A stretch of 64,000 nucleotides of DNA, taken from assembly GCF_009914755.1 (NCBI RefSeq), contig NC_060934.1; one strand, 5' to 3'. The notes under the pieces were generated by a model. That model worked only from the letters and a program-made list of their open reading frames with translations. It was not told the DNA's origin and did no database searches. The first letter of the stretch is position 1; every line of letters begins with the position of its first letter. Of this stretch, positions 28,811 through 43,576 are shown piece after piece. Origin of the DNA: the human T2T-CHM13v2.0 reference genome, Homo sapiens. The translations under genes and the position numbers were made by a program.

Positions 28811-31800
28811 AGGTCATGTTTTGATTTGTCGACTTAAAAAAATGCAGGTTGGGCATACAGCAATGAGGTCCCATCCTGGAGATTGGATCATACTCCTGCC
28901 TGCGGAGGCATGTGTCTGTCATGGCAAAACCCAGTGTTTGGATTTTGTGATGTTGAAGTACAATCAGAGAACAAAATGGGCTACTCAATTTCAGCATCAA
29001 TGAGCTTAGCTGGGCGGCATTGCTGTGGGCAGGAGCAGGGGGACCTTCCAAAAATCACACCACACAAGGGGTCTCCTGACCTACACAGAACAAGGCATTA
29101 CCCCCTGGGGCTGGCCGATTGGAGCTCCTGGGATCACGTGGCAGAATTAGCCATGGTTTGTGGTTCTTTTCAAGCAGCCAAATTCTCTAAGAGTGGTGTA
29201 AATGTCAGTTTCATGAAAATCCATTCTAAAAGCCCCGATCAACTTTTCAATCACCTGCTCCCCCTTTTCTGCCCAGTTCTCCCGAGAGCCCGAGGCGATT
29301 CTGAGATCAGAGAGCATAATTACAAATGAACCGGGGCTCTGGGGATGGCTTACAGCTTAATTAGCTCCCATCCCTGCACTGTCTCCATGGCTCGCCTCAC
29401 GCTCCGCTCAGCGCTCAGCTCAGTCCTGACTGCCAAAGAATTCAGAGCAGGAGCCTCTTGGCTTGTTAACATGCTCTCCTCGGTTCCTCCTGACACTCAC
29501 ATCTAGGCTGCAATTAGGCCCAGGTGAGGCGACAGAGAGTCCTGAGCAGCTCTCGCTGCCTCTGTATGTGCCTCCGGAGCTGGTTGGGGGTTGGTGCTTG
29601 TCTGGACCGGCCCGGGGGTGAGGTACACCATGGAATGTGGAGTGGCGGCGGCTGCAGCCACTTGCACCTGCTCGGCCCAGCCCAGGTCAGAAGGCTGCGG
29701 GCTGCAGGTGTGTTTCCAGGGGCACCTGACAGGGCAGGGACCGGGCATTGAAGGCACCTGGAGTTAAAGGGTGCTGTCTGATACCAGCTGGTGGGGGAGA
29801 GGGGATTGGGAGAGGTAAGGGCTGGGATGGCCCCTGGGCAGAAGTCACCCTGTGCAGCAGGAGCTTCCCTCTAAGCACAGCCACGGCCCTAGAAAGGGCT
29901 TTGGGCTTGTGCAACATTAAAAGGAAGAAACTACAATTGTACCTTGAGGGTTCCTCTCAAGGAAAAGCGCAAACCTGTAAGCTGATTTCTCGGTCCTCAT
30001 GACTCCCTGGTGGCTTAAGGCTTGGGCTGTCAATGAGTTTCCAGCTTGCAGTGTGTGACTCTACCCTAGAGGAAACTCTCTCTCTCCTGGACAGGAGGAA
30101 GCTTAGAGGAAGAATCTTGAGGGCAAAAAGAAAGGTCATTAGCTGGGAAATAACACCTGTCCAAGAAGACAAAGGGAGGAAATAGCAGGGCCGCCTGCTC
30201 CCAAGCAGGATCCACCCTCACGTCACCTGGCTGCCGGGGGGGGTCTGCCTAGGCTTATTGAACCCAAGACCCTACAGAAGGGTTTAAGCCTTCCTCAGAG
30301 ACAGGAAGTGAAAAAACAAAACTGCAATAATGTTAAAGTGAATGTCTCCAAAACATAGTATTACCTCTGAAAGTTGAGGTCACTCTACTTCAATCATTAC
30401 ATAAAACTGTGTTCTAATGTTAGCCAGGGATGTACTTTAATCTGTTTCATATAACAGGGAGTCATTCCCCCAAAAGCAAGTGCCTGAGGCCTGTAAACCT
30501 CTTCACATAGACCTACCCCTCCCAAAAGAAACCTGCAAAGAGACGGAAGGAACATGAATCTGTTCAGTCACAAAAGCACCGAGGCATCTCAGGGACCACA
30601 GCTCCGGTCTGGGGCCAGCCACATGGCTCCAGGAAAAAACTTCTCTGTCAAAGAGATCCTCAGCACTCCCACCCTCAAAACTGCACTCACCTGCTAGGTT
30701 CATGGTCAGAACCTGGCGAGGAAGCCATGTGGTCCATGCACAGAGAGGCCGGTGCCACAGATTTTGGCTTTCCTTCTTTGGGAAGGATGATTAAGTGGGA
30801 GCATTCGAGGGAGAGAAGGAGAACTCCATCTATCTTCTCCTATCCTGGATCAAGAATTCTCTGTTCTGCTTGCACTCCTTTACTGAGAAGTGCCCTGTCT
30901 GCTTCCCTGAGCTCTGAACCGTGCTGCATTGTGGTTATATTGTTAGAAAACCATGGCTTCCGTGCACACGGTGAAGCGAGAGAGACAAGACGCTTTCCAC
31001 ATTTGTATCTTAAACAGGCATTGACTGAATGCCTACCATGTGCCTAGCAGGTGCTATTTTTGAGGTGCTCAGAGGCTGGCAGGGAGATAATTCTGGCAGT
31101 ACAAAATTCCCCAGAGCAGGGGAAGGCACCGAGTGTGGAGAGGCCTGGAGAATGAAGGATTAATTCTAGCTGAAGGTAGGGAGGCCTCACAGAGCAGGCC
31201 ACCACCAAGCCACGTCTCCGATGATGGCAAGGGTGTCCCTGGGGCCAGGCCTGAAAGACGGTGTGGACTTAGTGGGGAGGGACTGAGGTGCTAGGCAGGA
31301 CCCAGGCTGGAGAAGTGGATTGTAATTCAAGGGAGAGACCCCTCATACTGCCCTGAGCAATTGGGAGAGCACCTCCTAGTCTATGGGAGCTACTGAAAAA
31401 GCCCAACTAGGAGACATCTGTGTGTTTCTAGGCTGCAGAGTAGAAAATGGAAGGGACAGGAAGGAAAACAGAGGCCTCATCTACTGACTGCTTTTTAGCA
31501 ACATCATCGCTATGCACCAGTCACAGCCATGACGGGGTCACACCGCTGTTTCACCCTTCCAACGTACGCCTGGCTTTCTTTATAGCTTTTGTATCTAAAA
31601 ACCAGCAGTGTTTTCATGAAGGCCAGAGATGGGTTTGGATCTAGATCCAGGGCCAGTTGGAAACCCCAGGCCTTGCTCCTCACAGTGTGGCCTGGGGACA
31701 GCAACATCATCAGCATCACCTGGGAGCTTGTGAGAAATGCAGAGTCTCAGGCCCCACCCAGACCCACTGCATCAGATTTCCCTAGCTCTCCAGAGCCATG

Positions 31801-32313
31801 TGTGACTTCCTAAGCATTCCTGGACCAAAAGTGGCCACTCCCTGGAGCAATGTGACCTGAAGGATGGACCCTTCCGCTCCCAGGCTCAGGCCACAGAGGA
31901 CAGGGCAGGAGCAAAACCAGAAATTCCCTCCAGGTTCTAAGCAAGGCTTCAGCTTCAGTTTTTTGATATTCTAGGTGGGAGGCCAGCCAGAAAGGGCTCA
32001 GTCAGTCTCAGGCACACGGGCATCAGACACACCGTCAAGAAGCAAAACAACCCAGGAATGCAGGTGAGCTCATGCCGCCAAGCAGCAGTAATTCATGCTG
32101 CAACAAGTTACATGTGTTTTATAGAGGAGGAGGCCTGTACAGGTGGAGTCACGCACCCGTGCCTGTCAGCACTTACATTATCCATGATTATCCGGATTTT
32201 CTTTTCATTTGGCCCCAGAGAAGGAGCTGCCACACAAAGAGTTCAGCAGAACGAAGTCACTGGCCTTACTCCTGGATAGAGCAGTATCCACAGATGTAAA
32301 GAATAACCAGTCT

Positions 32314-32316
<3 letters not shown>

Positions 32317-32353
<37 letters not shown>
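32317..32353. repeat. (TG)18 microsatellite
   Basis: Perfect dinucleotide run. Confidence 0.98.
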
Positions 32354-32355
<2 letters not shown>

Positions 32356-32684
32356 GAGACATGCGGGTCAGACCTCAGGGCTGCTGAGATATGATGTACC
32401 CTAAAGGGAACTTGCAGAGAAGCTCTCTACCTTGCCGATCTGTGGGTCACAGCGTGAGAACAACTTTCTCATCATGTTTAGGGCCTTGAGCATTTGAAAA
32501 TAATAAAAAGGAATAGTTTGAATTAAAATTTATGGTTGAGTCTGCCTGTCTGGGAGGAGCTGGCTTAGTGGGCAAGGCTGACGCCAGCCAGGCTGCAGGG
32601 GCTGGAAGAAATTGGACACCAGCAAGGCTGTGAGGAGGGATGACTCTCCCATAGACCTGCGTGGTGGGCCCTCTCGGCCAGCCG

Positions 32685-32860
32685 CTCCCAGCTCTGGTTG
32701 CACATTGGATGCTCCTAGGAGAGCGTTTAAAAAATGCTGATGACTGGGCCACACCATAGACACAGTAAATCTGAACCACTGGGGTTGGAGCCCAGTAACT
32801 GAATGATTTTTAAAGCTCTCCTGGTGATTTTAATGTGATGTCAGGATGAAGAATCATAGG
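32685..32860 (+). mobile_element. MER5A/B remnant
   Basis: taaaaaatgctgatgactgggccacaccatagac...aagctctcctggtgattttaatgtg. Confidence 0.6.
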
Positions 32861-33197
32861 CTGAGGCCAAAGGCTCCAGGCTCGAGGACAGCAGGTGGGC
32901 CCTTAATGTTTCTGCTCCTGGGTGGGTCTTCCCCTCTACTAGGCAGGCATACAGGCCTCAGTGGGTGCAGGAGGGGTGATTTCTAGCATTCAACTCCTTG
33001 GGAATTTTACCAAACTGTGTATAGGGACGGCGAGTGTGACCAATCTGTCTGCAGGGCTGTGGAGTCAATTCTGCAGCAGCTGCCCCTGTCTCTGCTAGCC
33101 TCTGAATACTTGCTATGGACACTTAAAATCTCCACCAAGATGCGTGCGCTTTTCATTTTTCAGAGAACGTGTACACCAATGATCTTATTTTATCTTG

Positions 33198-33635
33198 TGT
33201 ATTAGTTTTCTATTGCTGATGTAACAAGTTACTGCAAAAGTCATGGCTTGAGACAACAGACTTAATTGCCTTATAGTTCCAGGGCACTAAAATCAAGGTG
33301 TCGGCAGGTTGCATTCCTCCTGGAGCTTTTTGGGGAGAATTGGGTTCCTTCACTTCTCTGTCTTCTAGAGGCTGTTGTGTTCCTCTGCTGGTGATTGCCT
33401 TCCTCAAATCACTCTGACCTCTACTCTGTCTCACATCTCCTTCTCTGACCCTCCTGTCTCTGTCTTCCAAGGACCCTTGTGTTTACATCATGCCCACCAG
33501 GATAATCTTCCCATCTGAGGATCCTTCCCTTAGTCATATCTACAAAGTCCCTTTTGCCATGGAAGGTCACATTCACATGTTCTGGGGATTAGGATATAGA
33601 CCTCTTTGGGGGAGCCATGACTCCATCTCCATGCC
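33198..33635 (-). mobile_element. MLT1C/D LTR
   Basis: tgtattagttttctattgctgatgtaacaag...ttctggggattaggatatagacctctttgggg. Confidence 0.75.
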
Positions 33636-34219
33636 CTGACAACAGCCACGTGAGTCAGCTGTGCGTTATTATACCCATTTGGCAAATGACAAAACTGACA
33701 TGTAGCCAGAGACCTAGGTTTTAGAGAGCAAAGGTGAAACTATATGCTTGTTATCCTCCACCTAGTTGTTGCCCTGCCCTCCTGTGGAGGTGGTTATTTC
33801 CACACACTTTTGTTGGACAGGTTCGTGGGCACCCAGTTACTGATACAAAATTACTGCCATCAGGTTGGGTGTGCATCGCCATGGGCCCAGGAAGCCAGTT
33901 TCTCTCTCTGGGTTGGTGCCCATGGTTCTGGACAACTCTGATCTCCTCGACTAGGTCTATGCACCTTTACACACAAATGATTACCACACGCCTCTCCTCC
34001 ATGGCATTTGTCAGGATTCTACCACTGTTTATGTACCTCTGTCATTAATCTCAGCCTTTCCCTTTCAACGGTAAACTCCATGAGGACAGAATACATACTT
34101 GCTTTTGCACTCCAGCACCTTGTAGAGCACATGTGAATGTTTAATAAAAATGTGTTAAACGAATGAATGTTTGTCAGCAGTCGAAGCCTTACAGATGACA
34201 AGCAACTACTCCTTTGCCT

Positions 34220-34655
34220 TGTAGAAGCTGTGGCTGATTGCTTTAGTGTTCCCATCTACTCACTTCCCTGTAGGAAGATTACGCGTCCCATTCATTGGCC
34301 TGTGACTGTGGGGGCTGCTTCCTGCCCCACTGCCAGGCTTGGTCATGTGACTTGCTTTGGCTAATGGAATGTGAATGTGAATATAACAGAAGCCATGTCT
34401 GCGCAGCTCTTAGAGCAGTTCCATGGCTTTGCTCTGCCTCTTGTTCTTTTCCCTTTCCCAAGAGAATACAATATCCAAACTATAAGATACTTTTCTGGCA
34501 TGTGTCCCAGAATGAGAAGACATTAAGGAATGGAGCCACCATGTTCACCTTGCAGCTCTCAATATGCCTGAGATTGAAGCTGTTGTTGCTGTAAGCCAAT
34601 AAGATTTGCAGGTTTTCGTTATTGCAGCATAACTTAGCAAATTCTGACAAATACA
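34220..34655 (+). mobile_element. MLT1I/J-type LTR
   Basis: ggtcatgtgacttgctttggctaatggaatgtga...gcagcataacttagc...gacaaataca. Confidence 0.65.
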
Positions 34656-35194
34656 GAAGTCATCACTGGACAGCTCAGGGCATATCCAGCTTTCCTTCCT
34701 CCCCAGTGGTGACCCAGGTTACAGCCCTGGCTCTACCACTTGCAACCTGTGTGATTTTGAGAAAGTCACTTCACATCTTTGGCTTCAGATTTTTATACCA
34801 ATAGATAAAAGCTTCTTCTGGCTTCAGAATCAGCGATTCTGGAGATCTAGCCTATTATTCGACACTTGACTTCTGTCCTTAATGAATTATCTGCAGATGG
34901 TATATGGTGCCAGGGAAGTTGCCCCAAATTTTTAGTATGACAGTTATGTATTCTTGGGCAAACTTTTTTATCTCTCTTTTTGTTTCTAAAAGTCTTATTT
35001 GTAAAAGGGACAGTTATCACACAATGTGGAGGTATGTCACCTAGCTCACAATATGTACTCAATAAATTTAGGTGTCCTCCCCTTTCCCTTAGCTACTTGA
35101 TCAGATTCATCTTTTCAAGTGTACTTTTTTAGCATCTTGCATGCCCTAAACTTGGGTGCTTTGAGGGAGGGGGTGAAAATTCCTGGAAAAAAAA

Positions 35195-35690
35195 TGCACA
35201 GAAATGTACACAGATGTTCACAGCAGCATTACTTCTAATAGCCCCAAAGTAAAAACAACAGAAAGGAATATTATTTAGCCATAAAAAGGAATAAAGTACT
35301 GATTTATGCCACAACATAGATGAACCTTGAAAAGATTATGCTAGAGGAAAGAAGTCAGTCACAAGTGGCCAAACACTGTATGATCCTATTTACATTAAAT
35401 GCCCAGAATAGGTAAGCCCAGGGGGATAGAAAGTAGATCTGTGGTTATCTAATTTACTGGGAGGCAGCAGAGTATGGAGGAGTTGAGTGGGAGCGGGAGG
35501 GTTGGTGGCTAATGGGTATGAGGTTTCTTTCTGAGGTAATGAAACTGTTTTGTGGTCAAATAGTGGTGATGATTGCACAACTTTGTAAATATACTAAAAA
35601 CCACTCAATTGTACACTTTCGTTTTTTTAATCATGTACTTTAAAAGTATGGAACATGTGGCGTGTGAATCATATCTTAATATTGAAAAAA
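35195..35690 (+). mobile_element. L1MB 3' end
   Basis: gccataaaaaggaataaagtactgat...atgaaccttgaaa...tatactaaaaaccactcaattgtacac. Confidence 0.75.
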
Positions 35691-35884
35691 ACCCAACAAC
35701 CTCAGAAGGACGCAGAGGGATGAGTCCCAGGGGCTGCTGGCTCAGGTGGAGGAGCATTGCCACGCCAGCCCTTCTTCTCAGCCTTGTCAGTGTTATCTTG
35801 CTTTGTTCTCCTCCTAAATCTCTCTTCTTTTCTTTTGATGCCGCGTGCTCCAGCAAGGGGAAAGGTCTCTTGTTGCTTTGCTCA

Positions 35885-36230
<346 letters not shown>

Positions 36231-38274
36231 TTAAACACATAGGGAATAAAAATATAAACACATAAAAGATGGAAGTGTTTTGGAGATCATATTCTGTACA
36301 CTGAAGTAGCCACAAGCTCAGGCCAACTCTGGGTCTTGTGTCCTTCCCACCCCCTCAGCCCTGTCTAGGGGAACCGGCCCTGGAGTCCCATGTGGAAGCT
36401 CTGGACAATTTCCTCCATTCTCCCTTCCCGTTCATGCTGGGCCTGAGCCCTCACTGGTCATGGTGTAGTGGAAATGGATGGCAATGGGTTGGTGGTCCTC
36501 TCCATATAGAACACCATTTTCTTCCCCCACAGACCCAGGGACCAAGGCACTGGTGAGTGGGGGAGGGGGGCATTTATGAAGACTCTCAGTTATTCCTTCC
36601 ATTCCCCATTCTTCCCCCTACAAGAGAAGGAAGGGTCATTTCCTTACAGCGCTCCACCAACACTTGTCGATGGACCCACTGCAAAGCACCCAGAAAATCA
36701 TAACTTCTTCTTGCTTCACAGAAGACTCTCAGCCCCTCACTCCCATCTTCAATCTATAGTTTCAAAGATCACCAACTCAATTGTTAGAGTATCCTAGCAA
36801 AATAGAAATAATTTCTCTGTTTTTCGCTTGGATGATTTTAGTTTTGCATGTGTTTTGGATTGGTTGGAGTCCTATTGGCCACTATTACATGACCAACTTG
36901 AGCTGATAGGACAACTCTCCCACATACAAGAGAGTGGACGGGTAGCACCTTGGGGCCCCTCCAGAGACCGTCATCACCAGTGGGGTGGGGGAGTGTCTGC
37001 TTTTCCTCACCAGTCCCCACTTACCTCCGAGGGTTTGGCTGGTGTTATCCCGAGAGACCTTGGGATATGGGAACATGATTTGTCTACTTCTTCAGAGCCT
37101 TAGAAGCTTATTTACAAAGCCCTCCTGGTCCTGGGTTGAAAGGGCTTGCAGAAAGACGTAAGATGTTCTCAAAACAATCCAAGATCCAGTCAATATTTAT
37201 AACCCAGGGCTTTAGCTCAGGTGGCTTCATGAGACTATTTGAGCTCCACTTAACTACTGTACATTGATCATCTGTGGGAGCCCTTTTGCCTGCTGGCTCC
37301 TTTATCTTTATTATACTGTGCAGTTGGGAATACACTTGACTCTCAAAGGCTCAACTTGTACCTTTCAAAGGAAAAATTTCCACCTTATTTTTAAGCCCTA
37401 TCTTGTTCCCCTGCAGTCTGAATAAACATTACTCAATAGCTGGAGTTACTTAAGCATCAATCATTTCCATTTCAAGGAGAAGGTAAAGGGAACAAAGATG
37501 TAACAGCACAAAAAGATTGAAATTTAACCTCCACCGCTGGGTGCTTTCCAAGCTTGTTCAGATTAGTTCGTCAAAAAAAAAAGCCCCAGAGAACTGATGT
37601 TACCTCAAGTTCACTGAAATTCTCTTTCTCTCAAGGATTACACTTGACTATGAAGCAAGTCATCCTGGAAACCCTAGGCAGGCAATGAACTCGGCTAGTG
37701 AACAATTTGCTTTCTCTGAGTGGTTTCCACAAACTTTTTACATTCCTCTTATCTTCAATGCACCTTCCATCAAACTGGTCTCTCGCCTGGCCTCCCCCAT
37801 ACCTCTGTCCAATACAACTCACAGTTCATGGCCTTCCATTCTCTCTCTCTCTCTCTCAATTCTTTCTTTCTCTCCATCCTCCTCTGAAAAATAAAATCAT
37901 CCTGTATAGAAAAATTGGCCTCCAAAATCTCTACTTTCTCCAGTCTCATTGACTTCCCAGATGCCATTTTTGGCTCTGAGATGTAGAAGTCCTCTCCAGA
38001 GTGGCGACAGTGTGTGCCTGGGTGTGGTCTCAGACCACCTGTTCTCAACTCCCCCGGGGACCTTGGTAAGCAGCTAACTTCCCCGAACCCTATCCATCCC
38101 TACTGAATTAGACTCTGGAAGTAAGCCAGGAAATCTGCATATTAAGCAAGCTCCCCAGGTGATTTTTGGCCCAAGGAAGTTGGGGATCTGCTGTACTGAG
38201 GGAGGATATTGGCTTTGGAGTCAGAGAAACCCTTGCTGGGTTCTGTGCTTCGCTCTTTGCTAGTGGCATGATTT

Positions 38275-39095
38275 TAAAAACAGCTTTATTAAGATAGAAT
38301 ACACATACCATGAAATTCACTCATGCACGAATCAGTGGTTTCTAGTACATTCACAGAGGTGTGCAACCATCTCTACAATCTATTGTAGAACAATTTTATC
38401 ACCCCCAAAAGAAACCCTGTGTCTATTAGCAGTCACTCCCCATTTACCCTTAGGCTCCCAGCCCTAAGCAACCATTAATCTTATTTCTGTCTCTATGGAT
38501 TTGCCTATCCTAGACACTTCATATCAATGGAATCCTACAAAATGTGGTTATTTGTATCTGGCTTCTTCCATTTAGCATAATGTTTTCAAAGTTCATCCGT
38601 GTTGTACCATGAATCAGTACTTATTCCTTTTCGTGGCTGAGTAATATTCTACTGCATGGATATGCCAGCTTTTATTTATCCATTCATCTACTGATGGGCA
38701 TTTGAGCTGTTTCCAGTTTGAGGCTATTGGAAATAAGGTTGCTATGAACATTTGTGTACAAGCTTTTGGCATGGAGGCATGCTTTCATTTCTCTTGTGTG
38801 AGCTAGGCATGGAATTGCTAGGTCTTATGGTAACTTTATATATAACATTTTGAGGAACTGCCAGGTTGTTTTGCAAAGTGACTGCACAATTTTACATTGT
38901 TACCAGCAGTCTATAAAGGCTGCAGTATCTCCATATCATTGCCAACACATTTATTTTCTATCTTTTTTTAAAATTATAGCCACCCTACTGAGTGCAAAGA
39001 GGCATTTCACTGTGACTTATATTTGCATTTCCCTAATAAATAATAATGTTGAGCATCTCCTATAATGATTGGCCTTTTGTATATCTTCTTTGGAG
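38275..39095 (-). mobile_element. L1MB 3' end
   Basis: cagctttattaagatagaa...tgtgcaaccatc...ttcatccgtgttgta...ttgcatttccctaat. Confidence 0.8.
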
Positions 39096-39264
39096 TACCT
39101 AATTTAGGAAGGCATTTAACACCTCTGAGCTTCAGTTTCCTTGCCTATAAATTGGAGTAATTGACAAGGTGATTAAACTAAATGAGGCAATGAAGTTGGA
39201 GTACCTGACACACAGTAGGCACTTAAGGAAGGTTAACCTTCCACACCACTGATATTTGAAACAT

Positions 39265-39870
39265 GTCAACGTAGACAGTCTGGAGCCATGATAACCAGAT
39301 TCCCTTTCCCGTAAGGCTCTGGGTTAGGATTGGCCAGGGGAGATATTAGTGGGAACTCTGGAAGACACAGGTGGCTCAGGAGCCACTTCATGCTCTGAAG
39401 GTTGGCACAGTGCACCATGGCAGCTCGTGCATGCTGCTGCTGCTCTGCTGTCTCACTTTGTTGCCATGAGGCAGCAGGTGCCCCTGCAGCTCTGTCAGCT
39501 CCCACTGGATCTGGTCCTTCAACTTCTGTAAGTCCTGGGCCAGGTGTCTGTGCACTTCCATGGCAAAGGGCACAGTTTCTTCAGCAGATCATCTGTGTTA
39601 TTAAAGGTACATGGGAGACAAGCTTGGGTTCCAGTTAGTCCTTATGGATTCCAGCTTATCCATGCTCCCTTCTATTCACATCCAAATTTTTTTTCCTCTC
39701 TGCTGGGTCTAGCTGACCTATAACGACTTCAGGCTTAACACCAGAGGCAACCACCTTGCATAGATTTTTCCACCAGCTTTTTGTACTGTGTATAGCCCAA
39801 TTCCTATGAGAAATGTCTGATTCTCTATCATTCAGAGTGATTCTGATTCTCTGATTGAACCTGTGAGATG
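39265..39870. mobile_element. Old ERVL LTR (LTR33-like)
   Basis: tctgggttaggattggccagggg...ctgattctctgattgaacc. Confidence 0.4.
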
Positions 39871-40034
39871 CAATCACCAAGGGCAGCTGTGGCATCTCCC
39901 CAGCTAGAGAAACCAGGGGCTGGGATGAAAGTTGGTCTCCCCAGCAAAAGTAAACGCATGGTGACCTGGAGTTCTTCCCATACCAGTAACCTCAGGTCTC
40001 CCCAGGCAGAGGTGAACCTCCACTAAACCCTCCT

Positions 40035-40505
40035 GTGTAAGTTTCCTATGACTGCTATAACAAATGACCACTAACCTAGGGGCTTAAAACAACACAAATT
40101 TATTACCTGTCAGTTCTACAGGTTGTTAATCCAAAATAGGTCTCATGGGCCAAAATCAAGGTGTCGTCAAGGCCACATTCCTTCTGTAGGCTCTAGGGAA
40201 GAAGTCATTCCCTTGTCTTTTCCAGCATCCAGAGGCTTCCTGCATTCTTTGGCTTGTGGCCTCTTCCTCCATCATCAAAACGAGTAGATAAGCATCTTCA
40301 AATCTCTCACTCTCTTACAATGACCCTCAGGTCCCCTCTATAAGGAGTCTTGTGATTATTCTGGCCTCACTTGGATAATACAGGATAATTTCCCCATCTG
40401 CAAAGTCTGTATCTGCAAAGTGCCCTTTTCTATAGTGTGGCATATTCACAGATTTTGAAGATTAGGACTTGCACATCTTTGTGGCCATTATTGAGCTGAC
40501 CGCAT
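40035..40505 (-). mobile_element. MLT1C/D LTR
   Basis: tgtaagtttcctatgactgctataacaaatgacc...gattaggacttgcacatcttt. Confidence 0.75.
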
Positions 40506-40879
40506 CTCTAGATCCATTCTCCTTACTTCCTCCCTGCTGTTCAGTGCCCTAAGAGACTGCTGAATGAACTGCATTTACCAGCTCTCTTGCCCTCTTGCTT
40601 CTGGTAGGATTTAGCCAACGGGGGGCACCAGTGAAGATCAGAGAACAGAGGAGTCCCTGATTCTCTGCCTGAGGATTGAATGCATCCCTCTATCAAAGGA
40701 CACACTCCTGGTGGCCAACCCTTTCCACACAGCTCCAGCTCCACTTGTTCTATTTCCATTTCTTGCCCCTCAGGCCTAGGGATGGTAGCCGCTTCCCTGC
40801 CTGGCTAGCTCCAAGGTAATGCAACATTCCTTGTTGGTTTCCTTTAACCCTGTACACATCTCTGTAAAAGTCCCTGTTT

Positions 40880-41540
40880 GGCATAAATGTAACAGCTAAA
40901 ACTATAAAACACTTAGAATACAACATAACAATAAGTATTCGGGTTTAACAATGGATTCTTAGATATGATCAAAAAAACCCCAGTCAACAAAAGAAAAAAT
41001 AGATACACTGAATTCCATCAAAATTAAAAACTTTTTCATAAAAGAACACTAGCAAGAAAGTGAAAAAGACAACCCACAGAATGACAGATCTGACAAGGGT
41101 CTAGTATCTAGAATATAAAGAACTCTTACCAATCAACAGAAAAAGACAGACAATCCAATTCACAAATGAGCAAAGACCTTGGATAGGCATTTCTCCAAAG
41201 AAGAGAGGCACATGGCCAACAAGCACATGAAAAGATATTCCCAACATTAGTCATTAGGGAGATACAAATCCAAACACAGTGAGATACTACGTCACACATT
41301 GTAGGATGGCCATAATCAAAACAAAACAACAAGTGGGTTGGTGAGGATGTGGAGAGTGGAACCTTCATACACTGCGGGTGGGAAGGTAGAATGGTGTGGC
41401 TGCTGTGGAAAACAGTTTGGCAGTTCCTCAGTAAATTAAATGTAGAATTACCATGTGATCCAGCAATTCCGCTCCTAGGTATATACCCCAAATAATTGAA
41501 AACAGGTGTTCAAATAAAAACTTGTACATGAATGTTCCAT
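40880..41540 (+). mobile_element. L1MA/MB ORF2 3' fragment
   Basis: aaagacaacccacagaatg...gctgtggaaaacagtttggcagttcctc...atccagcaattccgctcctaggtatatacc. Confidence 0.8.
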
Positions 41541-43255
41541 TCCATCACCCATGGATCCTCCCAGTCAGCTCAACTTATGAGCAGAAAACACTTGCTTTTA
41601 GACCCTCACAGGAGACAATGGGTGTCATTGCAAAAAGCCAATGCATGGAGCCTATGGAGGGGAGGGCTGACCATTGTCCAGGAGTGCTAATCACAGCGTA
41701 ACACAAAGTTCAGGGTTTCTGCCAGCTGGGTTATTTCTCAGTATGCTGGAGGGGGTGGAGGTTGCCCTTCACATGCCTAGAGAGGCCCCTGATTTATGGG
41801 GCTTTAAGAAGAAAACAAGGTCAGAGGAAAATTGGCTGACCCACTGTGAGTCCAAGTGACTTCAACTAAAACAGACAGAGAAGATGGAGATGATAAAAAA
41901 GGAAAATTCAGATTTAGTGTCTGATGCTCCACCTCCTAAAAATAGGCAACCTCCCAGGCTCTGTCCTTGGCTTTCTCTTTGCCTTGTCTCTTTTGGAACT
42001 CACTGTTAGACATTTCTGTGCTAAATATTTCTATCTGCCAGCTACAAACCCTCTGCTGGGAGTCATAGCACACCTCCAAGGCAGCATATTCCAAATTGAA
42101 CTCCTCTTTCCTTCCTTCATTCACTGTGCTCCTCTTGTCACCATCATCTCCAAACTACTCAGCACCCTGGCCTCCCTATCTGTCATGCTGGCACTGCCAC
42201 TTCCCCTCACCCTGGCTCTGAACCTCCTAGTCTCTGGCATCCACATCCCTTCCGTTTCCTGGGACCACAGCCTCACAGCTGCACTGTGCTCAGCATTTCA
42301 CAAGGACTGTCACACTCAGCCTTCACATTTCCTAGCAAATTGGAAGTGAGGCATCTGACACCATATACCCAACCCGTATTGCCTGCCAAAGCCATTGAAT
42401 CTCTGCTTCCTGGCTCTCCCTAAGGGGCAGTCTACCATTGGACCCAATGTCCAAGTTCTCTGAAGGCCTGGCTCCAAGCTACCTGTCCCCTGCTATAAGC
42501 CTTCAATTCATTATCATAGAAATGTTGAAAACTCCATTTCCCTCATTCTGTATCAGAAGTTTCTTGCATATCTATTTTGTGCTGGGCATGGTGTTAGGGA
42601 CTGGTATCAAAAGAGTGAGTAAGACTCTCAGGGGGCTCACGATCCAATAGGTAAAGTAAGTGTGACCTCGGACTATAGGGTGAAAAGGGCTGCAATAGAG
42701 AGTGAGGAAGTGAGTATCCTCTGGGACCACAAATAAGGTACCAACCCCAGACTCAGTAGGTCAGGGAAAGCCCCAGGTACCCTCAAGATCAAGTCTAGAT
42801 TCCTCAGCAAGGGTGCGAGCATACCCACACCTGGCCTAGATTCCCTTATCTGGCCTCTAGACTCCTCACATGTCCATGAAGCACCCACAAAGAGGTCCTC
42901 CTGCCTCTTTCCAAACAAGCCAGCACCCTCCTACTCCTAACTGTTGTTATTCATTCTTCTTTCTCTGGGTTATTCTTGCTCCTTACCTTTACATGTCAAA
43001 CTCCTACTGAGCCTTTGAGAGCCATAGAAACACTACCTCTTCCCTGAAGCCTTCCCTGGTCTCCAGACTCACACATAATTTCTCCGTGCATTGCCCTTAT
43101 CATTTTCTACATGGTATATTGCATGTATCTTCCTTGTCCCACTGAACTCAGTCAGGGCAGGCACACATTGCTCATCTTTGAGGGCTCCCAAAGGGCCTAC
43201 CTACCACAATGCCCTGCACTGAGGTGAAGGAGGAGGTGAGTTAAAAGCCCAACAG

Positions 43256-43576
<321 letters not shown>

